64,000 nt of DNA from Methanobacteriota archaeon (GCA_963748445.1 CAVVIU010000002.1:8974-72973), one strand, 5' to 3'; shown: positions 19,560-30,203, numbered from the stretch's first letter. Notes: generated by a model from the letters alone, not told the origin. Translations and numbers: made by a program.

Positions 19560-20063
19560 ATGCAAAGGGAAACAATTGAAATCTCAAAAGGCGTCGCTGG
19601 GATTACAAGACCTTTCAAGGACGCCATTGAAAAGTTAAAGATAGGTAATGAAGATATAATACTGTATATAGGACTTCCTGGGGTCTGTACGCCTTTTATC
19701 GAACTGCTCTCATATGCGATACGAACCTTAAATTTAAAGCAAGTGTACGTACCAGTTATCAATCTCGAATCCGCAATGGAGGTAATTTCAGTAACCAATG
19801 TCGGAATACAATTCGGCAGCTTTGTCTCTGTTAAGAGGGCTAAGGTGGTCGTCGTTCTCGGAGGCCTTTCCATGCAAATTTCTCCAGTAAACTCCGACGA
19901 CGTCAATCTGTTTATAAAAAACGTTTTAGCAGAGGGAGGAACGGTAATTGGAATTAGTTTTATGAATATGTTTGATAAGGCGGGGTGGAGCTCTGCAATT
20001 CCGTTCGATTATATAATCGACGCGACGATCGATCCGGTAAAAGTAGAGCGATTCGTCAGATAG
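19560..20063 (+). CDS. conserved hypothetical protein (possibly DUF2124-like, methanogen-associated)
   Basis: Clean 167-aa ORF between mcr and cofH. The family name is recalled, not verified. Confidence 0.4.
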   Translation: MQRETIEISKGVAGITRPFKDAIEKLKIGNEDIILYIGLPGVCTPFIELLSYAIRTLNLKQVYVPVINLESAMEVISVTNVGIQFGSFVSVKRAKVVVVLGGLSMQISPVNSDDVNLFIKNVLAEGGTVIGISFMNMFDKAGWSSAIPFDYIIDATIDPVKVERFVR

Positions 20064-20131
20064 TTATAAGGAATCAAAAGTTGCAGAGATGTTCGACTTA
20101 TTACGTTCTGCACTACTAGTTCAGGGGAGTT

Positions 20132-21244
20132 TTGGTGTTTCTGGAAAAAGAGCTTGACTCGTCAGTTGCCAACATCTTGGAGAGAGCAAAGAGCAATAAA
20201 CGGCTTGACGAAAAGGATGCCCTGGAATTGCTAAATGTGAAGGGGTCCGAACTACACGCGGTAATTGCAGCTGCAGATTCGATAAGACGCCAGCGTGTAG
20301 GCGACGACGTAACCTACTTGATAAACAGAAACATAAACTTCACAAACATATGCATCGGCTCGTGTGGATTTTGTGCATTTCACAGGACGGAGACAGATCC
20401 AGAAGCATATTTCCTCACAGTGGATGAGATTGTTAAAAAAGCCGTCGAAGCGAAAGCGCTTGGCGCGACCGAAGTGGGCATATTCAGCGGTCTCCACCCG
20501 AAAATTGATGGAAACATGTATGTAGAAATTGTAAGAGAGATCAAGAAAGCCATCCCCGATATGCACATACACGGGTTTTCACCATCTGAAGTGGCGTACG
20601 GAGCTGACAAGCTCGGCATACCTTATGTAGAGATGTTACGGATGTTAAAAGATGCCGGGCTCAATTCAATGCCGGGTACGGCGGCGGAAATACTAGTTGA
20701 TGATGTGCGGAAGAAGATTTGTCCCCAAAAAATAAACACGGAAACATGGAAGTACATCGTAATTAACGCTCATAAAATAGGCATCCCAACAACGTGCACG
20801 ATGATGTACGGGCACGTTGAAACACACGACGATCTCGTTAATCACTTAAAGTTGTTGCGGGAGATACAGGATTTAACAGGAGGGTTCACAGAATTCGTCC
20901 CACTAACGTTTATACACTACAACACGCCGATATTTCGTGCCGGCCTCGCACGGCCCGGAGCTACTGGACGAGAAGATTTACTGATATATGCGCTCGGAAG
21001 GATGTATCTTGATAACATTCCACACATTCAGGTCTCGTGGGTCAAACTCGGCACGAAATTTGCACAAATCGCGCTCTGTTGTGGGGCAAATGACCTTGGG
21101 GGCACCTTGATGGAGGAGAACATTTCAAGGAGTGCCGGAGTGACAACAGGGCAAAATCTTGCGCCAGAAGAGTTCATTAGGATAATTGAAGACATTGGGA
21201 GACGTCCGAGAATTAGAGATACCCTCTACACGACCCTGAGCTAA
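20132..21244 (+). CDS. cofH: 7,8-didemethyl-8-hydroxy-5-deazariboflavin (FO) synthase subunit CofH (radical SAM)
   Basis: YLINRNINFTNICIGSCGFCAFHR is the CofH/MqnC-type CxxxCxxC motif. 370 aa. The methanogen context favours CofH. Confidence 0.75.
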   Translation: MVFLEKELDSSVANILERAKSNKRLDEKDALELLNVKGSELHAVIAAADSIRRQRVGDDVTYLINRNINFTNICIGSCGFCAFHRTETDPEAYFLTVDEIVKKAVEAKALGATEVGIFSGLHPKIDGNMYVEIVREIKKAIPDMHIHGFSPSEVAYGADKLGIPYVEMLRMLKDAGLNSMPGTAAEILVDDVRKKICPQKINTETWKYIVINAHKIGIPTTCTMMYGHVETHDDLVNHLKLLREIQDLTGGFTEFVPLTFIHYNTPIFRAGLARPGATGREDLLIYALGRMYLDNIPHIQVSWVKLGTKFAQIALCCGANDLGGTLMEENISRSAGVTTGQNLAPEEFIRIIEDIGRRPRIRDTLYTTLS

Positions 21245-21866
21245 TTGACCAACAAAATTTATTCGCAGCAGTGTGTTTTGCGGCTTTATGATAGCGATCA
21301 TATACACTCTAAAGTAAGCAAAGCCAAGAGACTACAGCAGGCTGGCTAGAATGTCACTATTGATCGCGGTATTCAAATACCTAGATTCACTTGCGTTACG
21401 ATGACAAAAACTGATAGAGTCTATGAACGTAAACTCTCTTAATAAGTATCAAGCTATTACTGTTCTTAGACTAATAACACCATCGCAAAATAATGGATTG
21501 CAGTCATCGATAACAGCTGAAAAACATGTTAATAGTTCTTTCCCCAGTAAAGTGCAGGATAGTCATAAAAGCTCATTTATGCCCGTGGAAAAACGTAAGA
21601 AAGTTATAAAAAGACTAAAAGCGCTCTAAAAACGATTTTTTTAACGTGTTTTCAGCGTATCTTGTTGCATTCGATTTGTTTTATGAATAATTTTAAATAG
21701 TATTATTAATCAATTGTTAGTAATCTTACGAACCCAAATAATCCCAATTTAGACCGTTTTAACCGAATTTAATCCCAGAGACAGCTAATAACTTCTCGGG
21801 TTCGTCAGATAAATTGACAAGAGATCTGGGCTGTATAGCCATTTACCATACAACGGAGGAGGTTAA

Positions 21867-22763
21867 ATGGATCCGCAAATGATGGTAGAATTAGGCGCTT
21901 TAGCGCTAGTTGGCGGAGCAGCCCTTATTGCTGGAATAGCTGAGGATCTTGAATCTGATGTGGGTTCTCAAAGTAATCCAAATTCTCAAGTACAGCTGGC
22001 GCCCCAGATGGGGTACTTGCACAGGTTGTACAACAAAGCAATATCTGGAGAACCAGCGTCTTATCCCTTCTATGCAGCAATGGGAGCCGCCACAGCGTTG
22101 TCGGTCTTAACTGTAACCAAAAATTACAGCTTGATCGGCGTATTCTTCGCTCTAATTGCCGGTGCTTTTGTCACATCACTTATACATGGCGTGTACGCAA
22201 CAACGTCCTATATGGGCAGACTAGCAAGTCAATCGAGATTTGGACAGCCCATATACTTGGACATTCTCAGAACGCACACGCCTGTGTTGATGGCGCACGG
22301 CTTTATAGCGAACTTTAGCGTGTTATTGTTAACATGGGTATTGATAGAACAAAAATTGAGCCCATTCCCCTTTGTAGTGTTAGCATTTATATGGGGAGTG
22401 GCGCTAGGTGGTGTAGGGTCAGCAGTAGGTGATGTGCACCTCGGCACTGACAGGTATTACCAAGACAGACCGTATGGTTCGGGAGTCAACGCCGCCCATT
22501 CAGGCAGCGTTGTACGAAAAGCTGAATCTGGTCTCAGAAACTCAATTGACTGCGCGTGGTTCTGTTCTAAGTTCGGGGGTCCGCTCACTGGTCTTGGCTT
22601 CGGCCTTGTCGTTTACCTGCACTTCTGGAAAGAAGTCGTGGTAAAGGACTGGTGGTCGCCCGTCGCAGGAGTAGTGATTATCGTAGTGTTCATAGTCATG
22701 AACATCTACCTTGAAAGGTACTCACGAAACAGGTACGGACCGTATAAAGAGGAGTCGGAGTGA
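21867..22763 (+). CDS. mtrE: tetrahydromethanopterin S-methyltransferase subunit E
   Basis: EDLESDVGSQSNPNSQVQLAPQM and NKAISGEP. Polytopic. RBS GGAGGAGG is present. Confidence 0.93.
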   Translation: MDPQMMVELGALALVGGAALIAGIAEDLESDVGSQSNPNSQVQLAPQMGYLHRLYNKAISGEPASYPFYAAMGAATALSVLTVTKNYSLIGVFFALIAGAFVTSLIHGVYATTSYMGRLASQSRFGQPIYLDILRTHTPVLMAHGFIANFSVLLLTWVLIEQKLSPFPFVVLAFIWGVALGGVGSAVGDVHLGTDRYYQDRPYGSGVNAAHSGSVVRKAESGLRNSIDCAWFCSKFGGPLTGLGFGLVVYLHFWKEVVVKDWWSPVAGVVIIVVFIVMNIYLERYSRNRYGPYKEESE

Positions 22764-22769
22764 TGCTAA

Positions 22770-23510
22770 ATGTTTGACCTGATATTTTGGTTTTACATCA
22801 CCCTAGGCGGGATCTTAATCGGTGTTGGCGTGCATTTTATACCAGTCGGAGGCGCTCCAGCAGCGATGTCACAAGCAACAGGTGTCGGTACAGGTACCAC
22901 AATGCTTGCAGCAGCGGCTGGCCTAACCGGGCTTATAGGTGCCGGTACAGCATACTCCGTCATGCCTGGTAACTTCGCTTTTACCATTATAATGGGTGGA
23001 GTGAGTGCGGCGTTGATGATCTCAATTCTCGCATTTATCGCCAACGTAATGTACGTTTACGGGGCAGGAGTGCCGTTAGCATCAGCTAAGATAAAATACG
23101 ACCCCATAACTAAGTGGCGACAAGACCTCTATGTCTCTAGAGGCACTGAGGGTCACGGGTCGCCAATGGTGAGCTTTATAAGCGGCATACTGGGTGGCTT
23201 AATTGCAGGGTTCGGTGGTGCGCTCGTTTACTTTGGACTCGCCGAAGCTTACAAAAAGATTCCGCTCTTAAACACTGTGCCGGGCGCGGCTCCGCTATAT
23301 ACCGCGAACTACATTGCGCTTGCAGCGGCATTTGCCATAGGAATATTCTTCTTGAATGCAGTTATGGCATCGTACAACATAGGCGGAACAATTGAAGGAT
23401 TCCACGACCCCAAGTTCAAGCGCGTCCCGCGATCGGTAATAGCGAGCTTAGTCGTCTCATTAGTCGGCGGGCTGTTTGCATTGCTCATAACAACTATGTT
23501 GGGAGGTTAA
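22770..23510 (+). CDS. mtrD: tetrahydromethanopterin S-methyltransferase subunit D
   Basis: 246-aa polytopic protein in the mtrEDCBAFGH order. Contains GGTIEGFHDPKFKR. Confidence 0.9.
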   Translation: MFDLIFWFYITLGGILIGVGVHFIPVGGAPAAMSQATGVGTGTTMLAAAAGLTGLIGAGTAYSVMPGNFAFTIIMGGVSAALMISILAFIANVMYVYGAGVPLASAKIKYDPITKWRQDLYVSRGTEGHGSPMVSFISGILGGLIAGFGGALVYFGLAEAYKKIPLLNTVPGAAPLYTANYIALAAAFAIGIFFLNAVMASYNIGGTIEGFHDPKFKRVPRSVIASLVVSLVGGLFALLITTMLGG

Positions 23511-23513
23511 AAA

Positions 23514-24325
23514 ATGGCTGAAAATGACATACCCCCTAACCAGCTCTTGGTACTCGGTATTGTAGGCGGACTCGTCTTCATTTACCTTGCCACAGGGTTA
23601 AACAACGCATCTGGTACGGCGTGGTTCTCATTCCTAGGTGCAATGGGGCAGTATTTGCAGTGTTCTGGGGTGCAGATGCGGTAAGAAGGGTTGCGAGTTA
23701 CGGACTTGGTACTGGCGTGCCGTCTATAGGTATGCTTTCAATCGGCGCAGGCATCGTGGCAGTCTTGCTCGGTCTTGCAGTTGCAAAGAACTATAACATT
23801 GGGATAGCAGCGCCAATTATCGCTCTAATATTATCAGCGATTATCGGTGTAATTAACGGGATAATGGCTCGAAGAGTCCTTAGGATGAACATTGCGATAA
23901 TGGAACGATCTATGACAGAAATTGCAATGGCATCCTCTCTAATAATACTCGGATTCAGCACCACAATAGCCGGTGGATACGGGTTTGACAAAATCCTCAG
24001 TTACGTTGTCGCGACAGGATTTATACTAGCAGTCTTCATCACTGGCGGTATGGCAATGCTCCATCCGTTTAACGCAAATCTCGGTCCTGACGAGAGACAG
24101 GCAAGAACTCTTAACCTCGCAATAGCGTGCGCGTTCCTGGCAATGATCATAACCGGAATAGCAGCAGGTGCGATTAACGGAGTTCCGGCAGCAGTTCCAA
24201 CGCTGATTGTTGCAATAGTTGGCTGGATAATTTACTACCTGAGATTCTTCGACGATGTTAAGAAAGACGCAGCGGCAGTACTTTCAACTGGCCTTATACC
24301 GAAAGAGGAGGAGGTAGCAGCATGA
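23514..24325 (+). CDS. mtrC: tetrahydromethanopterin S-methyltransferase subunit C; frameshift in G-run 23645-23648
   Basis: ATG 23514 gives MAENDIPPNQLLVLGIVGGLVFIYL...FSFLGA. It then joins ORF 23621..24325 as GAVFAVFWGADAVRRVASYGLGTGVPSIGM after a -1 correction. Confidence 0.88.
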
Positions 24326-24633
24326 AATTCGTTGATGTCTCATCTGATGTCGGCCTGCGAATGGACGTAGACGAGTTTGTTGTAGCAAAGGAGAGAGAGG
24401 ATCTCATATTTTACTCGTTAGAACCACTAAGCGCTCAGATAGACGAGTACGAGACGATCGCCGAGGGCTTTATGAACTCTTTAGCCGCAAATAAACCGCT
24501 TATCGACACCTACCCAGGCAGAGAACGGGCACACTATTGGGCAGGCATGTGGACAAACGCATTTTACGGGTTTACCGTTGCGATGATCCTGCTTGCGCTC
24601 ATTGCCGTCGTCCTGGCCATGAGAGGTGGCTAA
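24322..24633 (+). CDS. mtrB: tetrahydromethanopterin S-methyltransferase subunit B
   Basis: 103 aa with a C-terminal TM helix. Supported by operon position and the PGRE...AG.WTN.FYG pattern. Confidence 0.88.
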   Translation: MKFVDVSSDVGLRMDVDEFVVAKEREDLIFYSLEPLSAQIDEYETIAEGFMNSLAANKPLIDTYPGRERAHYWAGMWTNAFYGFTVAMILLALIAVVLAMRGG

Positions 24634-25345
24634 TATGGTCGAGAAAGTTGCACCATCAGAAAAGTGGCCAGTCGTAAAAGGAGACTTTTTTGCAGGAGAC
24701 CCCAATAGCCCCGTCGCAGTAGTCACGCTCGGATCCCACTTTGGTCCAGTCTTTACTGAAATCGGAGCTGCAATTGAAGGAACTGCAAAGACGGAGAACA
24801 TTGGCTTAGAAAAAGTCATTGTCAACATTATCTCAAACCCCAACATTCGATTTCTGATCTTATGCGGCTCAGAAATTATGGGCCACGTGACAGGACAGTC
24901 GCTAGAAGCATTATATAAAAATGGAGTAAAAGAAGGACGCATTATTGATGCAAAAGGAGCAATCCCGTTTATCGAAAACCTAACCGAAGAACATCTCGAG
25001 AGGTTCCAAAAACAAGTTGAACTAATCAGCATGATCAACAACGAGGACGTCAGCGCCTTATCAGCGAAGGTCAAAGAGCTTATCGGAAAAGATCCAGGAG
25101 CGTATCCAGAACCTCCAGTAGTCGTCGAGATCAGAGAGAAAGAAGTAGAAGAGGCAATCGTAGAGGCCCCAATGGCAGCTGAACTTTCAGCCTTACAAGC
25201 TCGTATACAAGATCTACAATTCCACGTTAAAACGATCGGCAATTTCAACAAACTTGCAGCCGGTGTTTACGCTGGCAAAGTCGAGGGAATTGTCATAGGG
25301 CTGTTGATTTCAATAGCTATCTTGGGGTTGCTATCCATAATCTGA
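24626..25345 (+). CDS. mtrA: tetrahydromethanopterin S-methyltransferase subunit A (corrinoid-binding)
   Basis: EKWPVVKGDFFAGDPNSPVAVVTLGSHF and NIRFLILCGSEIMGHVTGQSL, with a C-terminal TM anchor. Confidence 0.95.
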   Translation: MANMVEKVAPSEKWPVVKGDFFAGDPNSPVAVVTLGSHFGPVFTEIGAAIEGTAKTENIGLEKVIVNIISNPNIRFLILCGSEIMGHVTGQSLEALYKNGVKEGRIIDAKGAIPFIENLTEEHLERFQKQVELISMINNEDVSALSAKVKELIGKDPGAYPEPPVVVEIREKEVEEAIVEAPMAAELSALQARIQDLQFHVKTIGNFNKLAAGVYAGKVEGIVIGLLISIAILGLLSII

Positions 25346-25353
25346 GGTGGAAA

Positions 25354-25641
25354 ATGGCAGCAGAACGATTTGGTGGAGGCGGCGCAGCGCCAGCAGAAGG
25401 CGAAGAAGCTGCAGCCGTATCGATGATTGAGTACGATCAGGGAATAGCTAAGCCCATGGCTCCTAGCATGGCAGCATTTGATGCATTGTTCAACGATATC
25501 AAGTACCGCGCCTTAGTCACGACGCGAACCTTAAAACTCGATTCTGGTTATGGCATAACATCTACGCTTGGATTTGCACTTGGGTTTCTTGGGGCACTGT
25601 TAGTGATGGGACTGCCATTGCTCTATTACTTCTTAAAGTGA
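25354..25641 (+). CDS. mtrF: tetrahydromethanopterin S-methyltransferase subunit F
   Basis: DIKYRALVTTRTLKLDSG followed by a TM helix. Supported by operon position. Confidence 0.8.
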   Translation: MAAERFGGGGAAPAEGEEAAAVSMIEYDQGIAKPMAPSMAAFDALFNDIKYRALVTTRTLKLDSGYGITSTLGFALGFLGALLVMGLPLLYYFLK

Positions 25642-25652
25642 GGTGAACAAAA

Positions 25653-25886
25653 ATGCCAAAAGCATTCCCGCAAGTAATGGTGGATCAAACGGATTACCGT
25701 GAACTCCAGAAGCGGCTCGACTCTGTGGAAGAGAAGCTTGAGTTTACAATGGCAGAGGTTTCACAAAGGTATGGTCAGCGCATAGGGAGGGACATAGGCA
25801 TTTGCTATGGACTCATTGGCGGAATAGTACTGTACCTCGTGATGACAAATCTCATGAACTTGCTGTCGGTGTTCAGGATATTCTAG
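25653..25886 (+). CDS. mtrG: tetrahydromethanopterin S-methyltransferase subunit G
   Basis: 77 aa. RLDSVEEKLEFTMAEVSQRYGQRIGRDIGI followed by a TM helix. Confidence 0.9.
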   Translation: MPKAFPQVMVDQTDYRELQKRLDSVEEKLEFTMAEVSQRYGQRIGRDIGICYGLIGGIVLYLVMTNLMNLLSVFRIF

Positions 25887-25917
25887 AGGTATGACGACTT
25901 AAGGAGGATCATAAACG

Positions 25918-26859
25918 ATGTTTAGATATGATAAGAACCAAACTGTATTTGAGGTAGGGGGCTTCAAGGTCGGTGGTCAGCCCGGTGAATATCCAACCGT
26001 ACTGGCAAGCTCCATGTTCTATGGTAGGCACAAGGTAGTTTCAGATCACAACAAAGGTATATTCGATAAAGAAGCTGCCGAGGCTCAGTGGAACACACAG
26101 GTGGAACTATCGGATGAAACAGGTATACCGTACTGGAACCAACTGATTGCAGAAACTGATACAGCGATGTCAAGCTATATCGACTGGCACCTTGAAATTG
26201 CACCTGGTATAGCGTTTCTGATAGACTCTAGTGTGCCTGATGTACGTATGCACGGCGCAAAATACGCAGATGAGATTGGAGCGGCAAAGTTAGCTGTTTA
26301 TAACTCTGTAAATGCGAGTGCAATGCCTGAGGAATGGGAGGCGATAAAACAGACGGCTGTTGACTCGGCCATCGTCCTTGCATTTAACCCAGCAGATGTA
26401 AGCGTTAAAGGCAGGATAGAAATGCTTACCACGGGCGGCACGGGTCAGGACAAGGGATTGCTAACATCAAGTGAAGAGGCGGGCATAACGAGACCGTTAT
26501 TAGATGTCGCATCGTTAGCGCTTGGCGTTGGCGCAGGACCCTCGATACGGTCTATGGTAGGCTTCAAGGGAGTCTTGGGCTTGCCAGTAGGAGGAGGACC
26601 GCACAACATCCCTGATGCCTGGACATGGCTTAGAAAATACAAGAAGGAGCGCTATCCAGAAGCATTTGAACCGTGCAGTATTGGGTCAAACATGATTTGC
26701 GGAATTGTCGGTGCCGACTATCTGCTATATGGTCCAATAGACCTTGCACCATTGATATTCCCAGCAGTTGCCATGATAGACATAATAGTTGCTGAGAGCA
26801 CGCGCGAACTTGGAGTTGAACCACAAACAGAAAACGCACCTATATTTAAGCTGGTTTAA
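25918..26859 (+). CDS. mtrH: tetrahydromethanopterin S-methyltransferase subunit H
   Basis: MFRYDKNQTVFEVGGFKVGGQPGEYPTVL; 313 aa. Confidence 0.95.
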   Translation: MFRYDKNQTVFEVGGFKVGGQPGEYPTVLASSMFYGRHKVVSDHNKGIFDKEAAEAQWNTQVELSDETGIPYWNQLIAETDTAMSSYIDWHLEIAPGIAFLIDSSVPDVRMHGAKYADEIGAAKLAVYNSVNASAMPEEWEAIKQTAVDSAIVLAFNPADVSVKGRIEMLTTGGTGQDKGLLTSSEEAGITRPLLDVASLALGVGAGPSIRSMVGFKGVLGLPVGGGPHNIPDAWTWLRKYKKERYPEAFEPCSIGSNMICGIVGADYLLYGPIDLAPLIFPAVAMIDIIVAESTRELGVEPQTENAPIFKLV

Positions 26860-26909
26860 ACACCAGCACCTATTTTATTTATTTTTCCTTATTTTTTCAA
26901 ACTGAAATG
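26850..26909 (+). terminator. mtr operon terminator region (small hairpin across the stop codon plus T-tracts)
   Basis: CTGGT-ttaaac-ACCAG spans the stop. It is followed by TATTTTATTTATTTTTCCTTATTTTTT. Confidence 0.4.
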
Positions 26910-27058
26910 ATTTATACTATAATCTTTATTAACAAGTGCAATATACGCCGATTTATTCCCAGATTTTTTGAGCTAAATAACAGCAACTCCAGTTTGTTGT
27001 GAATGCACATATTATAAGTAATGTGTAATCTGTTCAAGGCTGTCTAGAGTGGTTGAGA

Positions 27059-27700
27059 ATGAAGTTAGTAGACCTTTCTCATCTTATCGACAACACCATG
27101 CCAGTATACCCAGGAGACATCAAACCGTTGGTCGAACCTCTTAGTTCAATCGAAGAACATGGCGCAACTGTTGCTAAACTGATACTTGGTACGCATACAG
27201 GCACCCACACTGACGCTCCAAAACATATGTTAAAAAGAGGGCGGGCTGTGCACGAGATTCCGCTTAAAAACTTTGTGGGAGATGCGTGGGTTTTTGATTT
27301 TTCATACAAAACGAGAGGCACTGGAATAGTGAAGGATGACCTCGAAGATAAAACACATGTACATCCCGGTGACATTGTCATCTTTTATACAGGTGCAAGT
27401 GAAAATTTAGAAAATGAGGGTTCAGACACTCAGTATGTATATATAAGCAAATCAGCTGCCGACTGGCTTGTCAGAAAAAAGGTCAAGGCCATTGGAATTG
27501 ACTCGCTTTCAGTTGAAAGGTTTGGATCAAAAGATTGCGATGTTCATAAAACACTGTTAAGAAATGGGATAAGCATAATAGAGAATTTGTCAAGCAATTT
27601 AAAATTTTTAACGGGCAAGAAAGTGTTTTTTATTGGCGTTCCGTTAAAACTAAGAGAGGCGGACGGTTCTCCTATCAGGGCTTTTGCAGTTATTTGGTAG
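27059..27700 (+). CDS. cyclase family protein (kynurenine formamidase-like)
   Basis: MKLVDLSHLIDNTMPVYPGD ... LGTHTGTHTDAPKH is the cyclase/arylformamidase signature. Confidence 0.8.
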   Translation: MKLVDLSHLIDNTMPVYPGDIKPLVEPLSSIEEHGATVAKLILGTHTGTHTDAPKHMLKRGRAVHEIPLKNFVGDAWVFDFSYKTRGTGIVKDDLEDKTHVHPGDIVIFYTGASENLENEGSDTQYVYISKSAADWLVRKKVKAIGIDSLSVERFGSKDCDVHKTLLRNGISIIENLSSNLKFLTGKKVFFIGVPLKLREADGSPIRAFAVIW

Positions 27701-27954
27701 CCATCGTCAGCTCTTAGTCAAGAGCAATGTATACGTTATCAGTGCCACCGATTATCGTTGCGGACATAAGTAATATATTTTAGATCAAAAACCTATAACA
27801 GACTCGCGCGTGAGACTAACGCAATACCCATTTTCAAGTCTTTAACTAGCAACATCTGGGCAGAGTAGGCTTAAGCGTTCCCTCGTGGAAAAAACTTTAC
27901 TACCTTGTAGTATAAAATAATAAATAATAGAGATTTGGGTGGTGAGAACGAGAC

Positions 27955-28257
27955 ATGGCCGAAGCAACTATCTGTGATATGAGGGGCAATACTATTTCCA
28001 CGGGCACATATGTTAAGTATTTCGGAACTAATACGAGAGGAAAAGTCAAAGAGATACAGTCAGACGGGAATAAAAAGTGGGTGCTGCTTGATTCGACCGA
28101 GTTACTTTACGATTCGAATTTTTTAGAAGTGATACGAGAAGAAGAAAAAGCGTCAGACAGAGAGGCCCAATCACTAGAAGAATTTAGAAAGAGGCTCGAA
28201 GAAAAGCGCGCGACTCTTCAGCGAGAAATGACTAACGTGGATGAGTGCGGCGCTTAG
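27955..28257 (+). CDS. hypothetical protein
   Basis: 100-aa ORF with RBS GGGTGGTGA. It has a beta-rich N-terminal half and a charged helical C-terminus. No family could be assigned by eye. Confidence 0.4.
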   Translation: MAEATICDMRGNTISTGTYVKYFGTNTRGKVKEIQSDGNKKWVLLDSTELLYDSNFLEVIREEEKASDREAQSLEEFRKRLEEKRATLQREMTNVDECGA

Positions 28258-28325
28258 ATAACAGTACCGTAACAACATGGGCCTGACCTTTGGAGAGACA
28301 AGAGTAACTCATGTGATTTCTTACG

Positions 28326-28598
28326 CTACTCTTCTATGAACTTTCTAGTTTCTTCTATCAAAAATTCCCGTATTTTTTCAATGGTCTCCTTGTCCGCTCT
28401 AAAACCCAGCAATTCTCTCGTGACCGTCTCTTCAAAAGCCGTTTCTAGATTCGCAGAAATTTTTACAACATCTAAGTTAAATTTCTTACTCGCCGCTATG
28501 ATGACTTTGCTCGGAATTCCAGGCGGAATGATGACTTCATAAAGGTGTTCTTGATTTTCACTTCCAATGGGCTCTTTTTCCTCAGACATGACATTCAT
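28326..28598 (-). CDS. hypothetical protein
   Basis: 90-aa ORF with plausible composition. No recognisable motif. Confidence 0.35.
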   Translation of the reverse strand: MNVMSEEKEPIGSENQEHLYEVIIPPGIPSKVIIAASKKFNLDVVKISANLETAFEETVTRELLGFRADKETIEKIREFLIEETRKFIEE

Positions 28599-29003
28599 GA
28601 ATATATAATGTACTACTTTTACCTATCGACAAACGAGTTCCTCCGTGTTTGCCAATGTCACGCAGTATGTTGCCACTTTAATTTAAGTAAACGTCACAAC
28701 GAGTAGTACGCGATTTGGTCTTAGAGTTATCTTATGTTTGCTTACACGTTTAAGAGAAGGCTTTATTTACGTACAGCAACAAGTTAAACATTGATACCAC
28801 AAGAGCACTGAAACATAACGTGAGGGCTTTTACGCAGCGGATCAATTAAAACCTAAATTTATACCCTTAACTGCGATTACGAGACATTGTTACCATTTTG
28901 GAATAAGTAAATGAAGACCGACAAATAGCCTGATAACGAATTTAAAACTACAGACTGTAAATGAGATCTATTTTTCTCGAAATAGCAAATACGAGGCGAC
29001 CCA

Positions 29004-30203
29004 ATGACAGCACGAATTGAGCTACATTCATCTCCAAAGGCGTATTACATCGACACCCACAGAGTAATGCCTCCGGCGGAGACGTTACAACGCGTTAACG
29101 CGAAAGTGCCAAACGTCGGAGTCACACGAATCGCTGACATTTCAGGACTTGATAGGGTAGGGATCCCCGTTTTTTCGGCAATACGACCTTCTGCTGCGGA
29201 CGGCGCGATATCAGTGTACGCCGGCAAAGGAACGACGGAAACAGAGGCGAGAGTTTCGGTCATAATGGAGGCCATCGAGAGATTTGCGGCCGAAGTAGGG
29301 AATTTTAAAGGTACATTAGTTTTTGGCTCATTTAACGAGTTGCGTGACGACTACAACGTAGTAAGCCCGCAGAGTCTGATACTACCTGGCTCGTTCCCGA
29401 GTGAAACGCCGATTGAATGGTACCAGAGCTGGGATTTGTTGAACAATGAAGACGTGCTCGTTCCAGCAAATGCCGTATTCCACCCGTACACGCCAACAAA
29501 AGGCAGATGGCAACTATTTAGAAGCAACACGAATGGCCTAGCTTCAGGCAACGTCATGGAGGAGGCAATTTTTCATGGCCTCATGGAAGTTATCGAGAGA
29601 GATGCCTTGAGTATAGCAGAGGCAAACAGAGACCCAGGCGCAGGACTTGAAGCAAGTAGCGGCATTATCTACGAACTTGTACACAAATTTAATGCTCAAG
29701 GTATCGCAATTAAGCTGTGGTATCTCAAAGTGGATACGGGCATTCCCACGGTCGTTGCAGCTTCAGATGATGAGCGTTTACGTGATCCAGCATTACTAGT
29801 GATAGGAGCAGGGACCCATATGGATCCGACAATTGCGACCATCAGAGCGCTTACTGAGGTGGCTCAATCCCGGGTGACTCAAATTCACGGAGCGAGAGAA
29901 GATACAGATAGAGAATCATTAACGAGGCGTATTGGCTATGAAAGGATGAAAAGGCTCAATAACCACTGGTTTAAGGAACCAGATGAGGTGTTGAGTCTTG
30001 AAAACATTCGCAACATTTCAACACCGTCACTCGATGGGGATATCAAAGCTGCACTTAATCTGTTAGAGAGCGTTGTCGAACGAGTTATAGTTTCAAATAT
30101 CACCGTTGACGCAATCGGTGTCCCGGCGGTAAGAGTTATAGTACCAAGCTATGAAGTTTATTTTATCGACAAAGAACGCATAGGACCGCGATGTAAAAGA
30201 TGA
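29004..30203 (+). CDS. ycaO: YcaO-related McrA-glycine thioamidation protein
   Basis: 399 aa. GIPVFSAIRP, YAGKGTTETEARVSVIMEAIERFAAE and SNTNGLASGN (YcaO ATP-binding motifs). The stop overlaps the tfuA start. Confidence 0.85.
   Translation: MTARIELHSSPKAYYIDTHRVMPPAETLQRVNAKVPNVGVTRIADISGLDRVGIPVFSAIRPSAADGAISVYAGKGTTETEARVSVIMEAIERFAAEVGNFKGTLVFGSFNELRDDYNVVSPQSLILPGSFPSETPIEWYQSWDLLNNEDVLVPANAVFHPYTPTKGRWQLFRSNTNGLASGNVMEEAIFHGLMEVIERDALSIAEANRDPGAGLEASSGIIYELVHKFNAQGIAIKLWYLKVDTGIPTVVAASDDERLRDPALLVIGAGTHMDPTIATIRALTEVAQSRVTQIHGAREDTDRESLTRRIGYERMKRLNNHWFKEPDEVLSLENIRNISTPSLDGDIKAALNLLESVVERVIVSNITVDAIGVPAVRVIVPSYEVYFIDKERIGPRCKR

Noticed and set aside
21423-21629. 68-aa ORF in the cofH-mtrE intergenic region
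   Set aside because: It lies in an AT-rich leader with low-complexity Lys/Ser/Asn content, no RBS and no motif. This is more likely the mtr promoter and 5' UTR region.
24481-25251. 256-aa minus-strand ORF, one of the longest unexplained ORFs in the track
   Set aside because: It lies entirely antisense to mtrB and mtrA, whose plus-strand products carry unmistakable family motifs. Its own product is low-complexity and Ser/Thr/Ile-rich. It is a shadow ORF.
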